A stretch of 35,054 bases of DNA. It comes from Sminthopsis crassicaudata. Taxonomy: Eukaryota. Below the pieces are notes generated by a model, which made no database searches, was not told the DNA's origin, and saw only the letters and a list, made by a program, of their open reading frames with translations. The translations under genes and the position numbers were made by a program. Positions 1 through 10,620 of this stretch are shown in pieces. Location: contig NC_133617.1 in the NCBI RefSeq assembly GCF_048593235.1, positions 741,872,958 to 741,908,011 on the forward strand, given 5' to 3'. Position 1 is the first letter of the stretch; every line of letters starts with the position of its first letter.

Positions 1-354
1 GTCCTGGGGACCAAGGAGTCGTGCTCGCCCTTCAGGGCTGCACCCGAGCATATGCGCGTCCCTCCATGACCAATTCCAGTTAGATTGTATCACCAGTGTC
101 GTTCTTAGTGCCGCATCAGCCGTGGCCACGGAGGGGCGAGCAGAAAAGCCTGGACGGGCAGAAGAGCCTTCTTCACAGTCTCCCTTAAGCCACCAAGAGC
201 ATCATCAGGCCTGGAGTCCTGGGACCGGAACTGGCCCTCCCTCAATTCTGCCTCCCTCCCAGTTTAAATAACAGTTGATAAAAGTAACAGTAAAAGTGTG
301 CATTGTTCTTAAAGCATTTCTGGGTTCTTTGGAGTTATAGGGTCATTGTTTTTC

Positions 355-1186
355 TTTTTTTTTTTTAGTTGTCTCTAATATTTATTAATTTGATTTTAAA
401 ACAAAACTTTCTTGTAAACATTTTGTTTTCAGATACTGTGGGACCTTTTATACTTGATTTTTTTGAAACACTTTTATTTACAATAAGATCTAGAATTATA
501 AAAAATAATAAGAATACTTTATTAGACATTGTAACTACAAATGGAGCATTTTATCCTGTTTTTTTTAAAGAATTGAAGTAGATTATTTGATATCTTTTTT
601 TTAAATTATATATATATATATATATATATTTTATAATATTATCCCTTGTATTCATTTTTCCAAATTACCCCCCCTCCCTCTATTCCCTCCCCCCGACGAC
701 AGGCAATACCATACATTTTACATGTGTTACAATATAGTCTAGGTACAATACATGTGTGTGAATATCATTTTCTTGTTGCACAATAAACATTAGAATCCGA
801 AGGTACATGCAACCTGGGTAGATAGACAGTAGTGCTAACAATTTACATTCACTTCCCAGTGTTTCTTCTCTGGGTGTAGCTACCTCTGTCCATCATTGAT
901 CAACTAGAAGTGAGTTGGATCTTCTTTATGTTGAAGATTTCCACTTCCATCAGAGTACATCCTCATACAGTATTGTTGTTGAAGTGTACAGTGATCTTCT
1001 GGTTCTGCTCATTTCACTCAGCATCAGTTGATTTAAGTCTCTCCAGGCCTCTCTATATTCCTCCTGCTGGTCATTTCTTACCGAGCAATAATATTCCATA
1101 ACCTTCATATACCACAATTTACCCAACCATTCTCCAACTGATGGACATCCATTCATCTTCCAGTTTCTAGCTACAACAAAAAGAGC
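355..1186 (-). mobile_element. 5'-truncated, young-looking L1 insertion: ORF2 C-terminus and 3'UTR (595-1186) plus a probable 3'-transduced segment (367-594) and poly(A) tail (355-366)
   Basis: ORF 950-1195(-) ALFVVARNWKMNGCPSVGEWLGKLWYMKVMEYY...EAWRDL matches the L1 ORF2 C-terminus. A perfect 17-bp TSD tagggtcattgtttttc lies at 338-354 and 1187-1203. There are two tail tracts: T12 at 355-366 and T8/(AT)n at 595-630. Confidence 0.92.
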
Positions 1187-1214
1187 TAGGGTCATTGTTT
1201 TTCATTGATAAGAG

Positions 1215-2040
1215 GTTGCTAGAACTGGATGGATCTCAGAGGTCATCTGGCCCGAACCCTTTGATGGGGTCTTCAGGGTTGGGTGTGGTTAACAGAGGAA
1301 CTGGTAGAAAATAACCCCTGAGGCAGGCAGGAGAGAGATAGCTCCTACCTTTGGGGAGGTCTGAAATCCAAGCTCTGTAAACCCCAGAAACCCTCCCTCT
1401 GTGTCTCTAGCAGTCTGCCCTTGCCATGCCCTATCCCAGTCATGTCCTGGAGCTTCCAACTTCCCTCTAGAATCTGCTCACAGCCATCCCACGGCGGCTG
1501 CCCCCCTTGGGTCAGTCCCCCGGCTCTCTGCCCGGTGGGCTTTCCCCTTCCCCCATGCCTTGCATGTCTCCCCCTGAGCCCAGTAGGCCCTCACCCCATT
1601 TCTCCCAGCCCTTTTAGGGGCCGAGTCCTTTCAGGGTTTGGTCTGCCAGCCAAGGGTGAGCCTGACCTCTGGGGGGGTTCCCTTTCCCCTGGGTAATTAG
1701 TTGTGAGTTCCACTGAGGGCCTTGGCCCTCACACGCTCTAGTTCATATTCACCATTCCCGGTTCCTACTGTGTCCCTCCATTTTGTCTGTCACTCCTTCC
1801 CCTAAATAAATGCTCCAAAAACAGCCGGCATTGTGACTCCTTCAGGTGCCGACCCCACCTTTTGGGGGCTGCCATCATCGGGTGTCTACGGCACCCACAT
1901 CATGTTGGTGTTGAACCCAACATCCATAACGGTCATTTTACAGATGAGGAAACCAAGGGTCAAAAAACTGGGACCTGCCCGTGGGCTTAGCCAGTGTGGT
2001 AGAGATGAGAGTCCCAGCTTTCCGCTTCAGGTTCTTCCCA
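1215..2040 (-). mobile_element. MIR-like SINE split by an LTR (pieces ~1215-1261 and ~1932-2040)
   Basis: ctcagaggtcatctggcccgaaccct and cattttacagatgaggaaaccaagg are normally adjacent parts of the MIR/CORE consensus. Confidence 0.6.
1262..1902 (+). mobile_element. ERV LTR (solo or orphan 5' LTR)
   Basis: Terminal inverted repeat TGATG...CATCA, ~640 bp length, AATAAA at 1805-1810 about 90 nt from the 3' end, and insertion inside a MIR. No clear TSD. Confidence 0.65.
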
Positions 2041-2991
2041 CCCTGGAACGTTGCCTTCAGACTCACGCTCAAAAAATAATTGTGAGGAGATATTTTGAGG
2101 AAGAAAAACCAATCTTACGGTCAGAGCAGGGGTTTTTGTTGTGACTCTGCCCCTCTATCCTTGTTCTTCCCTCCATTTTCCCACGTGGTGATGACCCAGC
2201 CATGAGAAAAAGATGGGGGGAGATATTCCACAATGACATCTTTGATTTCGCATTGCCTTTCTGATGAGGGTCACGACCTGTGCTTTTTATGAGCAAACTT
2301 AAGGAATCAGCAGCTGTCAAAGATGGTGTAAATCTTTGGGAGAAATTGAATTTATTCTGCAGTCCTGCCTAGGAGAACCGCGGCAGTGGACTTGGGTCAT
2401 CCAGTGCTACATTCTAAGTGGAGCGGTGAGAAAGAGCTGTCGAGCCGGCCTAAGTGGGCCGGACAGGGGCCTCCTAGGGGAAGGAGAACCGAAAAGGGCT
2501 CCAGGACCCAAGTGGTCCCTTCTGGCCTCCGGATCATTTCTGAAATTCCGTGCTGCCATAGTTGTTTCTTTTCATTGAGAAAAGGTTCCCCTTGTACTTC
2601 TAAGTCAAACATAGGGCCAGACAGCCGTCACGAAGCTGAAGGTGCTCCGTGGAAGAGGTAAGAGGGGCTGGGGCTGAGGGATTTAAGGGGGAAGTGGAAG
2701 CTCTTTATTTTGTGACCAATAATGATCCTTCTGAGCCAATATTTAATTCTCCTTAAATTAAATGATTTATTACACTTATATTATCATATATAATATAATA
2801 TATTAATTACAAACAATCATTTATTTATTTATTTATTTAATTGAGCTAAATTTGTAGTTTAATGCAAAGAACCCATTGTGGTAGTTTAGCTGTGTGATCT
2901 TTGGCAAGTCACAGATAAATGAAAAAAACCATTAGGTCTCAGAGTTGAAATAGATGATCTCCAAGACTTCTTTCAACCTATTTTTTGAGCA

Positions 2992-3170
2992 GTATTTTTT
3001 TTTTTTTTTTAGTTAAGAAAAACATTTTAAAGCACAAACTTAAAGTTGTTTTAAGTTTTTCACGTTCTCTCCTTCCGTCCTTTCCTCCACGCTGCCCAAA
3101 GAAATTGCAAAAAAAAGACCTCTTGCAAATATGTCTAGTTATGTAAAAAAAATCCCCCCATTAGCCATGC
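2992..3170 (-). mobile_element. Old L1 3'UTR fragment
   Basis: A poly-T run is followed by a C/T-rich block and sequence resembling marsupial L1 3' ends (cctcttgcaaatatg...cccccattagccatg). Confidence 0.5.
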
Positions 3171-3252
3171 GAAGGCCCCCTTTCTAGGAGTTAGGCTCTA
3201 AGGCCTTTAGCATCCAGGATCCCCCAAAGAAAAGGAGACAGAGGAACCTTTC

Positions 3253-3271
3253 TGACCACCAGAGGGCGACG
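3253..3271 (+). promoter_or_regulatory. CTCF motif 1
   Basis: tgaCCACCAGAGGGCGacg matches the CTCF core CCNCNAGRKGGCR. Confidence 0.65.
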
Positions 3272-3333
3272 TGCAGCTGGTCTGCCCAAAATTCAAGCAT
3301 TTAAAGGTAGAATCAAATAGATGTAACCAGCCT

Positions 3334-3352
3334 CGACCACCAGATGGCACCC
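3334..3352 (+). promoter_or_regulatory. CTCF motif 2
   Basis: cgaCCACCAGATGGCACcc matches the CTCF core, in the same orientation as motif 1 and 81 bp downstream. Confidence 0.65.
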
Positions 3353-3689
3353 TGGAGTCAGCCTGACCAGCATCTCTCTGCATTTATTCTCTTTGTTGGA
3401 GACTTGTGCCTCATTTCCCAGTCTTGCTTCCTCTGGCCCACCCTGGCCCCTCCAGCCAGTTCCCCACCTGGGGTCTCTGTACCAGGCCCTTTCCGTGGTG
3501 ATGGTTAAGCCAATCGGGGCTCCTCCCGTCCTGGAGCCCGGACCTGCCTTGGCACCCTGGGGGGAGGCGCTGAACCCCGCGGCTGCTTTCTGGTTGGCAC
3601 TAACTCTGTCCTGGACACAAGCCAGCCCTTCCTTGTCCTTGCTCGCTCCCATCTCCCAAACAGCTCCCGCAGCCTCCCAAGGCTCTCTG

Positions 3690-3925
3690 TGTTACGTGCC
3701 GTCCTTGGTTTTGCTTTTAGCCCTGCCTCTGTGTGACCTCACTTGGGGTTTTCTTGGCAGAGATGCTGGAGCGCTTTGCCATTTCCTGCTCCAGCTCACT
3801 CTATACTTGAGGAAACTGAGGCAAGCCAGGTTAACTGACTTGTCCAGGGTCACACTGCTAGGAAGTGTCGGGGCCAGATTTAAACTCAGGAGCATGAGTC
3901 TGCCCGACTGTAGGCCCAGCTCTGC
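3690..3925 (-). mobile_element. MAR1-like CORE SINE
   Basis: ttggggttttcttggcagagatgctggag...gaggaaactgaggcaagccagg...gggtcacactgctaggaagtgtc is the reverse MAR1 pattern. Confidence 0.75.
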
Positions 3926-4309
3926 CTCCACTATGGAGGGAGGCGTATTTTACCCTACCCATTTACTTAAGAAAGTTGGGAAAGTGCAAATGAAGACCTC
4001 AAGGCTAGGTTGAAAGAAAAAGTGGGGAAAAGAGGCCAAGAAAATCAGGAATAGTTAAATGCCTTTTGGGGTTGGTGATCTTGCTTCCTTGTTTCATTTT
4101 TGATCTGTTTGTCCATTTCTGCATTTTCTAGCCCACTTTGATTTTTTTCTCGTACATTTTGGAACTATTTCCCAACTTGTTCATTTACAGTGTCTCCTGT
4201 TACATTTTTCCTTTATCTAGAACTTTTATTTTCTTGTTTCCCTTTCCATTAGGCAGAGCTGGAAAAGTTTTAATTAAAAAAATCTATTTGGAACAATATT
4301 AAAAGTTAT

Positions 4310-4490
4310 AAAATAAAAAGCTTTAATAATAAAAAAATCTATTTCTCCCCCTACTGAAGGAAAAAAAAATAACAACAAAAAAATCCCAAACCTTGTATCA
4401 AATACTTATAGTCAAGCAAAACCCTTTCCTATATTGGCCACGTTAAAGATGTTTCATTTTGCACCTTGCCTTTATCACTTCTTTCAGCAG
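4310..4490 (-). mobile_element. Old L1 3'UTR fragment
   Basis: caaatacttatagtcaagcaaaac...cctatattggccacg resembles marsupial L1 3' ends. Confidence 0.5.
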
Positions 4491-4509
4491 ATTTTTTTAA
4501 AATGAGAAA

Positions 4510-4780
4510 TTGTAGAATTTCATAGTAGGAATAGACTCAGCAGTCCAGTATAGAACAGAAGAGGAATCCCCGCTTTGGCGTCCCCAATTGCTCACTCATC
4601 CTGTGCTTGAAGACTTCCTGTGAAGGGCATCCCACTTAGGAAGCTCTCCTAGTAAAATTATATTTTTTATTCCACCTAAGTTAAGTTTGCTTCTTTTCCT
4701 ATTTCTACCCTTCGGGGCAAAAAGAACACATGGAATCCATTTTTCCTATCTTATCCCTTCAAATACTTGAAGACATCCTA
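4510..4780 (-). mobile_element. CR1/L3 3' fragment
   Basis: tcatcctgtgcttgaagacttcc...ggggcaaaaagaaca...cccttcaaatacttgaagaca matches the reverse L3 3' region. Confidence 0.7.
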
Positions 4781-5029
4781 GCTAGTAAGGAAAGGATCAT
4801 TAATCACGGGTCAGCCATTAAGTGATGAGTTTTCTGTGACCCACGGACGCAGAAAAATACAAACTGACCCCTTCCCTATTTGGGTTAACCTTTCACATAA
4901 GCACATGGTGAGATTTTTGGACCATGTATAGCATTCATTTTACTGCTGCTAATCTAAATGGGAGAGCATTTCCCCTAAAGGGAAGGACTCCTCAGCTCAA
5001 GCAGCCTCTGGGGCTCTCTTTTACCCTTA

Positions 5030-5640
5030 AGATTAAGTGCAGATGCCTCTTTTTGGAATTCAAAGCCCTTCGCAATGGGTTCATCTTCCAGAACTGATGA
5101 TGCCGTATGTTCTGTTAGACACTCACTGCTCCCGATATGTGACATTCTGTCCCTCACCTTTGGGCCTTGCACAGAATGTCTCATACCTGGAATTTCCTCT
5201 CCTCGCCTTGCTTCTTTGGCCTTTCCTTACTCTTCCAGGTGTTAGTGCTGTGCTCTCAATAACTGGGTTGGGGAGTTCCCTTTCTAAAGTATTCCTGTAT
5301 TTATTTTTGTAATACCCTGGATTTATTTAGCTGTGAACATTTAGCATTGTCTTTGTCATTATTGTTGTTAAGTCATTTTTCAGTCACGTAAAGGATAATA
5401 AACTCCTCATTATGGAATACGGTATCATGCTTTAAGATTTGTCCATACAGACTGATGATTTTTTGTTGTTTTTACCATTATTTTATGTTTTTGTGCATTG
5501 CGTAAATAAATAGCTGCCCCATACCTGAAAAAAGGAATTTAGCCTCTTGAGAGCAGGACCTGGCTTGCCTTTGTGTTTCTCTCCTCTGAGGGTGATGTAG
5601 TGCCCAGCCCAGAAAATAAACTTGTTGATTATTTGATATG
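5030..5640 (+). mobile_element. L2 3' fragment with a SINE piece nested at ~5360-5470
   Basis: tggaattcaaagcccttc, ttgagagcaggacc and gtgcccagccc...aataaacttgttga are L2 3'-end motifs. Confidence 0.55.
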
Positions 5641-5699
5641 ATAAATAAATACTGACATTTTGTCTTTGTATCCTTAGAGCTTAGTCCGGCATCAGGCAC

Positions 5700-5950
5700 A
5701 TGGATGTTTTTTATCATTCAGTGGCATCTTATTCTATGTGATCCCATAGTCTTGTCCAAGGGGACAAAGATATTGTAGTGGTTTGCCATTTCCTTCTCCA
5801 GTATGTTCCCATTTTACAGATGAGGAATTGAGGCAAATAGGGGTTAAGTGATTTGCCCAAGATCACATGGCTACTCATTGTCTGAGACCTGATTTCAAAG
5901 AGATCTTCCTGAATTTAAGTCTGGTGCTCTACTCACTGTACCACCTATCT
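5700..5950 (-). mobile_element. MAR1/MIR-like SINE
   Basis: gtggtttgccatttccttctccag...ttttacagatgaggaattgaggcaaataggggttaagtgatttgcccaag. Confidence 0.75.
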
Positions 5951-6111
5951 GCCCCACCTGGCACAAAGCAGGTACTTAATGAACAATTGTTTGGAGCAGA
6001 TATGCCAGGCCCATGGAAATGGGCCACTTCTAGATTCACGATCTCACCCCAAATTAAGCTAATCTAAAAAGTAACCGTTAAATGAAAGGACAGCCCCTAG
6101 ATTCTCCTCAG

Positions 6112-6221
6112 GGCCCTGGACAAAGCAGAAATGCTTCCAGAATAAGCCCAAAGATGGCAAGACTTGACTGCATGGAAAAACACTCAGTCCTCCTGCCTTG
6201 TGCTGCTCAGGATGCCCACAG
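6112..6221 (+). other. Candidate 110-nt exon of an unknown, probably non-coding transcript
   Basis: Acceptor attctcctcag|G and a perfect donor CAG|GTAAGT. One frame is open (GPGQSRNASRISPKMARLDCMEKHSVLLPCAAQDAH) but matches no protein I recognise. Confidence 0.25.
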
Positions 6222-6369
6222 GTAAGTCAGTTTGATATCTCTGAATTCGTGGAGGTGGCCTTGACCTTGGACTGTCTTCAGTGAGCAGTGTAAGCAGGGA
6301 GGGGGAGATGAGCACCCACTGTCTCCCCTCCCCTTCTCAGACCACTCCTTGGATGTTAGGATCCCTTTA

Positions 6370-6595
6370 GGGTGACGTTGAGAATGATGTTGGCAAGCTG
6401 GAGAACTCCCAGGAGGGCAGCTGGTCCTGGGATGGGGCCACGTAAGAGCAGAGAAGGATCTGGGGAAGAAGAATTAGGAGGAACCTGTGGCATCCCTCAG
6501 ACAACAAGCATCAATGAAGTGCCAGAGCTTGTGCCGGGTGCCAGGAGCACAGACAAAAATGAGCCAGTCTGCTTCTAAAGAGCTTAGATAAACAT
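6370..6595. mobile_element. CR1/L3 fragment (+, ~6370-6450) followed by an L2 3' end (-, ~6500-6595)
   Basis: gatgttggcaagctggagaactcccaggagggc is L3-like; agcatcaatgaagtgcc...ttctaaagagcttaga is reverse L2-like. Confidence 0.45.
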
Positions 6596-6719
6596 ATACA
6601 TATACCCCCTCTAGGGTGGCTTCAGGACCCCCCACCGGTTAGCTCCTCAATATCCATCATCCAATTGACATGTTAGGTTTTACAAAAGGAATAGATAAGG
6701 AGAAGGTATAGCAAGAAAA

Positions 6720-6945
6720 GGCAGTAGGCGGCCCCGTGGATAGAGTGCCAGGCCAGGAGTCAGGAAAACCTGAGTTAAATTTTGATCTCCCACGCTTACT
6801 AGCCAGGTGACCCTGGGCAAGTCACTTAATCCTATTTGCTCAGTTTCCTCAATTATAAAAATGAACTGGAATAGGAAATGGCACTCCAGTGTCTTTGCCA
6901 AGAAAACCTTCAAAAGGGATGATGGAAAACAACCAAACAATAAGG
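6720..6945 (+). mobile_element. MAR1-like SINE
   Basis: tRNA-like head (gtggatagagtgccaggcc...gagtcaggaaaacctgagtt), CORE domain, and gtctttgccaagaaaacc tail. Confidence 0.8.
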
Positions 6946-7330
6946 TTGAATACCAAGAAAAGTAGTTCTAAAACACCTCCCCCTCTCCCACCCCAGTAGG
7001 GGCACATTCTTCCCTTGCACACACGTTCCCAGAGAGAGTGGGCACCAACTTAGGGATCATCTATGGAAAAAAGGATAAATTCATAGCTCCTAGTTCTGGA
7101 AAGCTCCTTCCTCTTAGGAGTAGTGAGCTCTCCCGGCTGGTCCCAGAGTGGCCTTTCCTCAATGTGCCCAATTTGTCCTTGGGTTGCTTCCAGCTCTTAG
7201 GCAGCCAGGTGTGCTCTGGGGATCTGATGGATGCTGATAGGGATCTCCAGATTGGATCCCTTTAAATCTACCGGGGCAGGTAGGGACAGAAAGGAACTTC
7301 AAACAAGGGAAGATTTTATATAGTATTGTG

Positions 7331-7460
7331 NNNNNNNNNNNNNNNNNNNNNNNNNNNNNNNNNNNNNNNNNNNNNNNNNNNNNNNNNNNNNNNNNNNNNN
7401 NNNNNNNNNNNNNNNNNNNNNNNNNNNNNNNNNNNNNNNNNNNNNNNNNNNNNNNNNNNN
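7331..7460. other. Assembly gap (130 N)
   Basis: Run of N. Confidence 1.
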
Positions 7461-7790
7461 ATTATACCAAAGTGCCTGCTTTTCTGGGTCCCCTTTGGAA
7501 CTTCCTTCTGCTCTCTTGTGGCTATTAATTTTTGTTGTTGTTGTTGTTGATGTTTTTTCCTTTTTTTGGCATCCATTTTAGTACTTTCCCCCTCCCTCTA
7601 TAATAAAATTCCTTTCTCCTAAAATAAAAGTTTTTCCCTTGCAACAACTAAGTACAGACAATCAAAACAAATACAGGTTTTGGTCGGGTCTGAAGATGAA
7701 TGTCTCACTCTTTGCTTCTCTGTCAAGAAGTGGGAAATGATTCACCCTCGGTCTTCTGTAGCTGAGATTGGTCATTTCATTGTGATGGTT
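7461..7790 (-). mobile_element. Old L1 3'UTR fragment
   Basis: T-rich tail followed by cccttgcaacaactaagtacag...ctctgtcaagaagtggg...ggtcatttcattg. Confidence 0.5.
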
Positions 7791-9544
7791 CTCCCTTGAA
7801 CACCAGGGAGAATGGATTTGTATTCAGTGATACCCTGTGGAACCTTGGGGTGACCCTCCTTTGGGCCTGAGGATTCAGGGGCTCGTACTGTGTAGTGATG
7901 AAGAAACTGGAAGAAATGGTGGCTCCTGTGGCAAAGAGCCCCTTGGGGTGCTCCTCATGGTGATCTCACCCCTTTCCCCCTTTTTCCCATTGTGGCTGTG
8001 TGGAAGCAGGATTGTCTTGGGCAGGTTCAAGAGCTGGGAGTGGGGCGGGAGGAAGGCTGGCTGTCCCGTTTCCCAAGCAGCCGTGAGCATGTGGCCCTTT
8101 CGGAATACTTGGGAATACTTTGAGGAGTCCAAGTGCCTTGCGCGTTAGGGACTCCAGAGCTCCCCGGAGGTCCCACCGGCTTACACAGCAGCATCCTCAG
8201 TGTGTGCCCGAGGAGCGGTGGCCAGTGGCCATGGAAGTGCCCACTCTGAGAGCAGAGGGACAGACTGAGGACAAGTGGACGAGGATGGAGACTTAGAAAG
8301 GCGGTTTTGTGGTAGAGGGGAGCTCCAGGTTTGTTCCCCAGAGGGAGTTTCCAGGTTCAGCAGAGAGCTACCTCCAGAGGGGTCTTCAGGTGGACTCTAC
8401 ATGGGGAGCAGACTTTTAGTGCAGGAGATACAGGTGCCTACTACCAGTGGAGTCAGGGTAGAGCCCCCCTCCCCATGGATGTTAGGTACATTTGTGGGAG
8501 AGGCTGCCTTAAGAAAGGAAAAGGAATATTCTGTGCTGACTATTTTTACTACACCATCTGTACAAATACCTATTTGAAAGCTAATTATTATGCTTGGCTG
8601 ATTGTTAGTGTGGCGTACACCAGTGGGGGCTCAGGAGCCACAGTATTGGAAACAGCCTCTTGGGGTTACCCTGAGGATTCATTCTGAGGAGCCCTGTCAG
8701 GAAGCATGAGTTGGGATGGTGTAAATTCAGAGTATCATGAGAGATTGGGAGTCTACACAGATGCTCTGCAGCTGGATCCAGGCTGGCCACAGGGTGAAGG
8801 AGGAGCTCTTCAACAGGAGGTAGTGTTCCATTTGAACTTACTCTTCCGAAGAACTTCAGGTGGAATGGGGAGAGTGTGCCCCTGAAGTAAGTGTGCTCGT
8901 GCATGTGTAAATATGTATGTGTGTCCTTGTGCTAGCTGTGAAGCAAACACCCTTTTTATCTAATTTTTTATTTTTATATATTTATTTATATTTTATATAT
9001 TTATTTTTGTATAATTTTTATATAATTTGATATTAATCGATTAGAAGGACCTGCAACACTGGTCACTATTGTTTAACAGGAGTGACCCCGCCAGAATAAG
9101 GGCTTGACCTAAGGACATTTGAAAGACTCTCTGACCCCCAAGAACACCCGTAGAAGTCTCAGATGGAGATGGAGCAAGCCTCAGCTCTGGAGAGGGAGGC
9201 TGGAGCACCTGCTGCACCCGAATGAGGGGGGACTGGCCAAGAACACTAGGGGGGGTGAGAAAAGGCCCTGAACCGGACTTCTGATCTGAGTGATAATCAA
9301 GAACTGAGAAATGACAGAATTACTTAACGTTTATCTTGTTCTCTATTTTCCAGAATCATTTTCAGGCTCTGGAGAATGGATAGGAATGGTTGAGAGACTC
9401 ATGACCCAAGACAAGGGAGATGTTGAGAGATCATTCTCTCCTGCTTCCAGATCTGAGTGAACTTATACCCCAGGGGGCCAAAAAATGGCTGAGCTGCTGC
9501 AGGGGAATCTTTGAAGGGATGGTGAGAACAGCTTGGACACAGCC

Positions 9545-9710
9545 CATTGAGGTTTGCAAAGCACTTTACACGTACTGTCCCATCTGATTCTCACAATCTT
9601 CTCAGATAAAATGCTGTTATATTCCTTTTATAGATGAGGAAATCAAGGCACAGAGAAGTTAAGGATCTGAGGCAGGATTTGAAATCAGATTTTCTTGGCT
9701 CCAACTCTTG
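9545..9710 (-). mobile_element. MIR
   Basis: aggtttgcaaagcactttaca...tatagatgaggaaatcaaggcacagagaagtt. Confidence 0.7.
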
Positions 9711-10439
9711 CTGTGTAAGTGTTGGGACCAGAGGACCCAGTTCTCCAAAATGGGAGGGTCAAGCCTTCCGGTTTTTGACAAGAGAGACTTTAGTCCCTGG
9801 CAAGATTCTAGAGTGCTTTTCTATTTTGAAACAGCTCTTCCATAGTTATATAAGAAGCCTTTTTTCCGATTTGTTTTTTGGATAAAAAAAAGCAGAGATT
9901 ACCTACTTCTCTGCCACTAGGTACATGTGGGTAATCAGGTTTTTGAAATGTCTGATTAAATGTCAATCATACCAGAATACACCCTCTGCTCCCAGAATTC
10001 ATTAGCATGTATGTGTGGCCATGAAGAATCCTGGTCAGAAGAGTGAGCAGGAGGACTGAGCTTGCTCGGTAGTTCTTTGGGACTTGATGTAGTGGGAGCC
10101 GACTGTTTATACTGTATGACAGTGAATATCTGGGAACATAAACTTGGGCATCAAGAAACGCTTGCCCTTGTAGGCTGGCAAGACAGAACGCAATAGAGAT
10201 GGCGAGACTTTTCCAAAACCTTTGCTTTGTTCCTGGGTTATTCCGAGGCGGCTGGAGATGTCCTGCCTTTTGTTTCACTTTAGTCATGGCACCTGGCCCA
10301 GTGTCTAGCACCAAGTCAGAACTTAATAAAAACTGGTTGCTTGCTTGCTTAATCGTCTCCTGTCTCCAAGTCCAGCAAGCCACCCTTGACGGCGGCTGTC
10401 TCCCTCCAAAGGGATGGGCTCCATACCAGTAAGGGCTCT

Positions 10440-10620
10440 CTCAGCCAATCAACCAATCAATCACCAAGCATTTACTAAGCACTTACCTTGTGCCAGGTGC
10501 TGAGGATATAGAGAAATGGCCAATAACCTCTGTCTTTAAGGATCTTACATTCTGATGGGGGAAGCAACAAGGACACGGGTAAATATAAACTGAATAAATG
10601 CCAAATGAAGACAAGATAAA
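10440..10620 (-). mobile_element. L2 3' end
   Basis: aatcaatcaccaagcatttactaagcacttaccttgtgccaggtgctg...cttacattctgatgggg. Confidence 0.75.

Noticed and set aside
369-581. 70-aa plus-strand ORF in the AT-rich segment
   Set aside because: It lies antisense within the putative transduced flank and has a biased F/I/N/K composition typical of chance ORFs.
1501-1554. Minus-strand G-quadruplex in the LTR (also G-runs at 11233-11272 in L1)
   Set aside because: Most loops are 8-11 nt, outside the canonical pattern, and such tracts are normal for these elements.
3393-4013. 206-aa ORF, the longest in the track
   Set aside because: Its second half runs through a MAR1 SINE, the composition is low-complexity L/P/A, and no domain or splice context is evident.
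4822-4867. C/D-box snoRNA or SECIS element
   Set aside because: Only ~46 nt span C to D box with no terminal stem at the expected offsets. The SECIS apical AA and 3' GA quartet are missing.
7316-7576. ORFs containing runs of X (also 21883-22368)
   Set aside because: Artefacts of translating N gaps.
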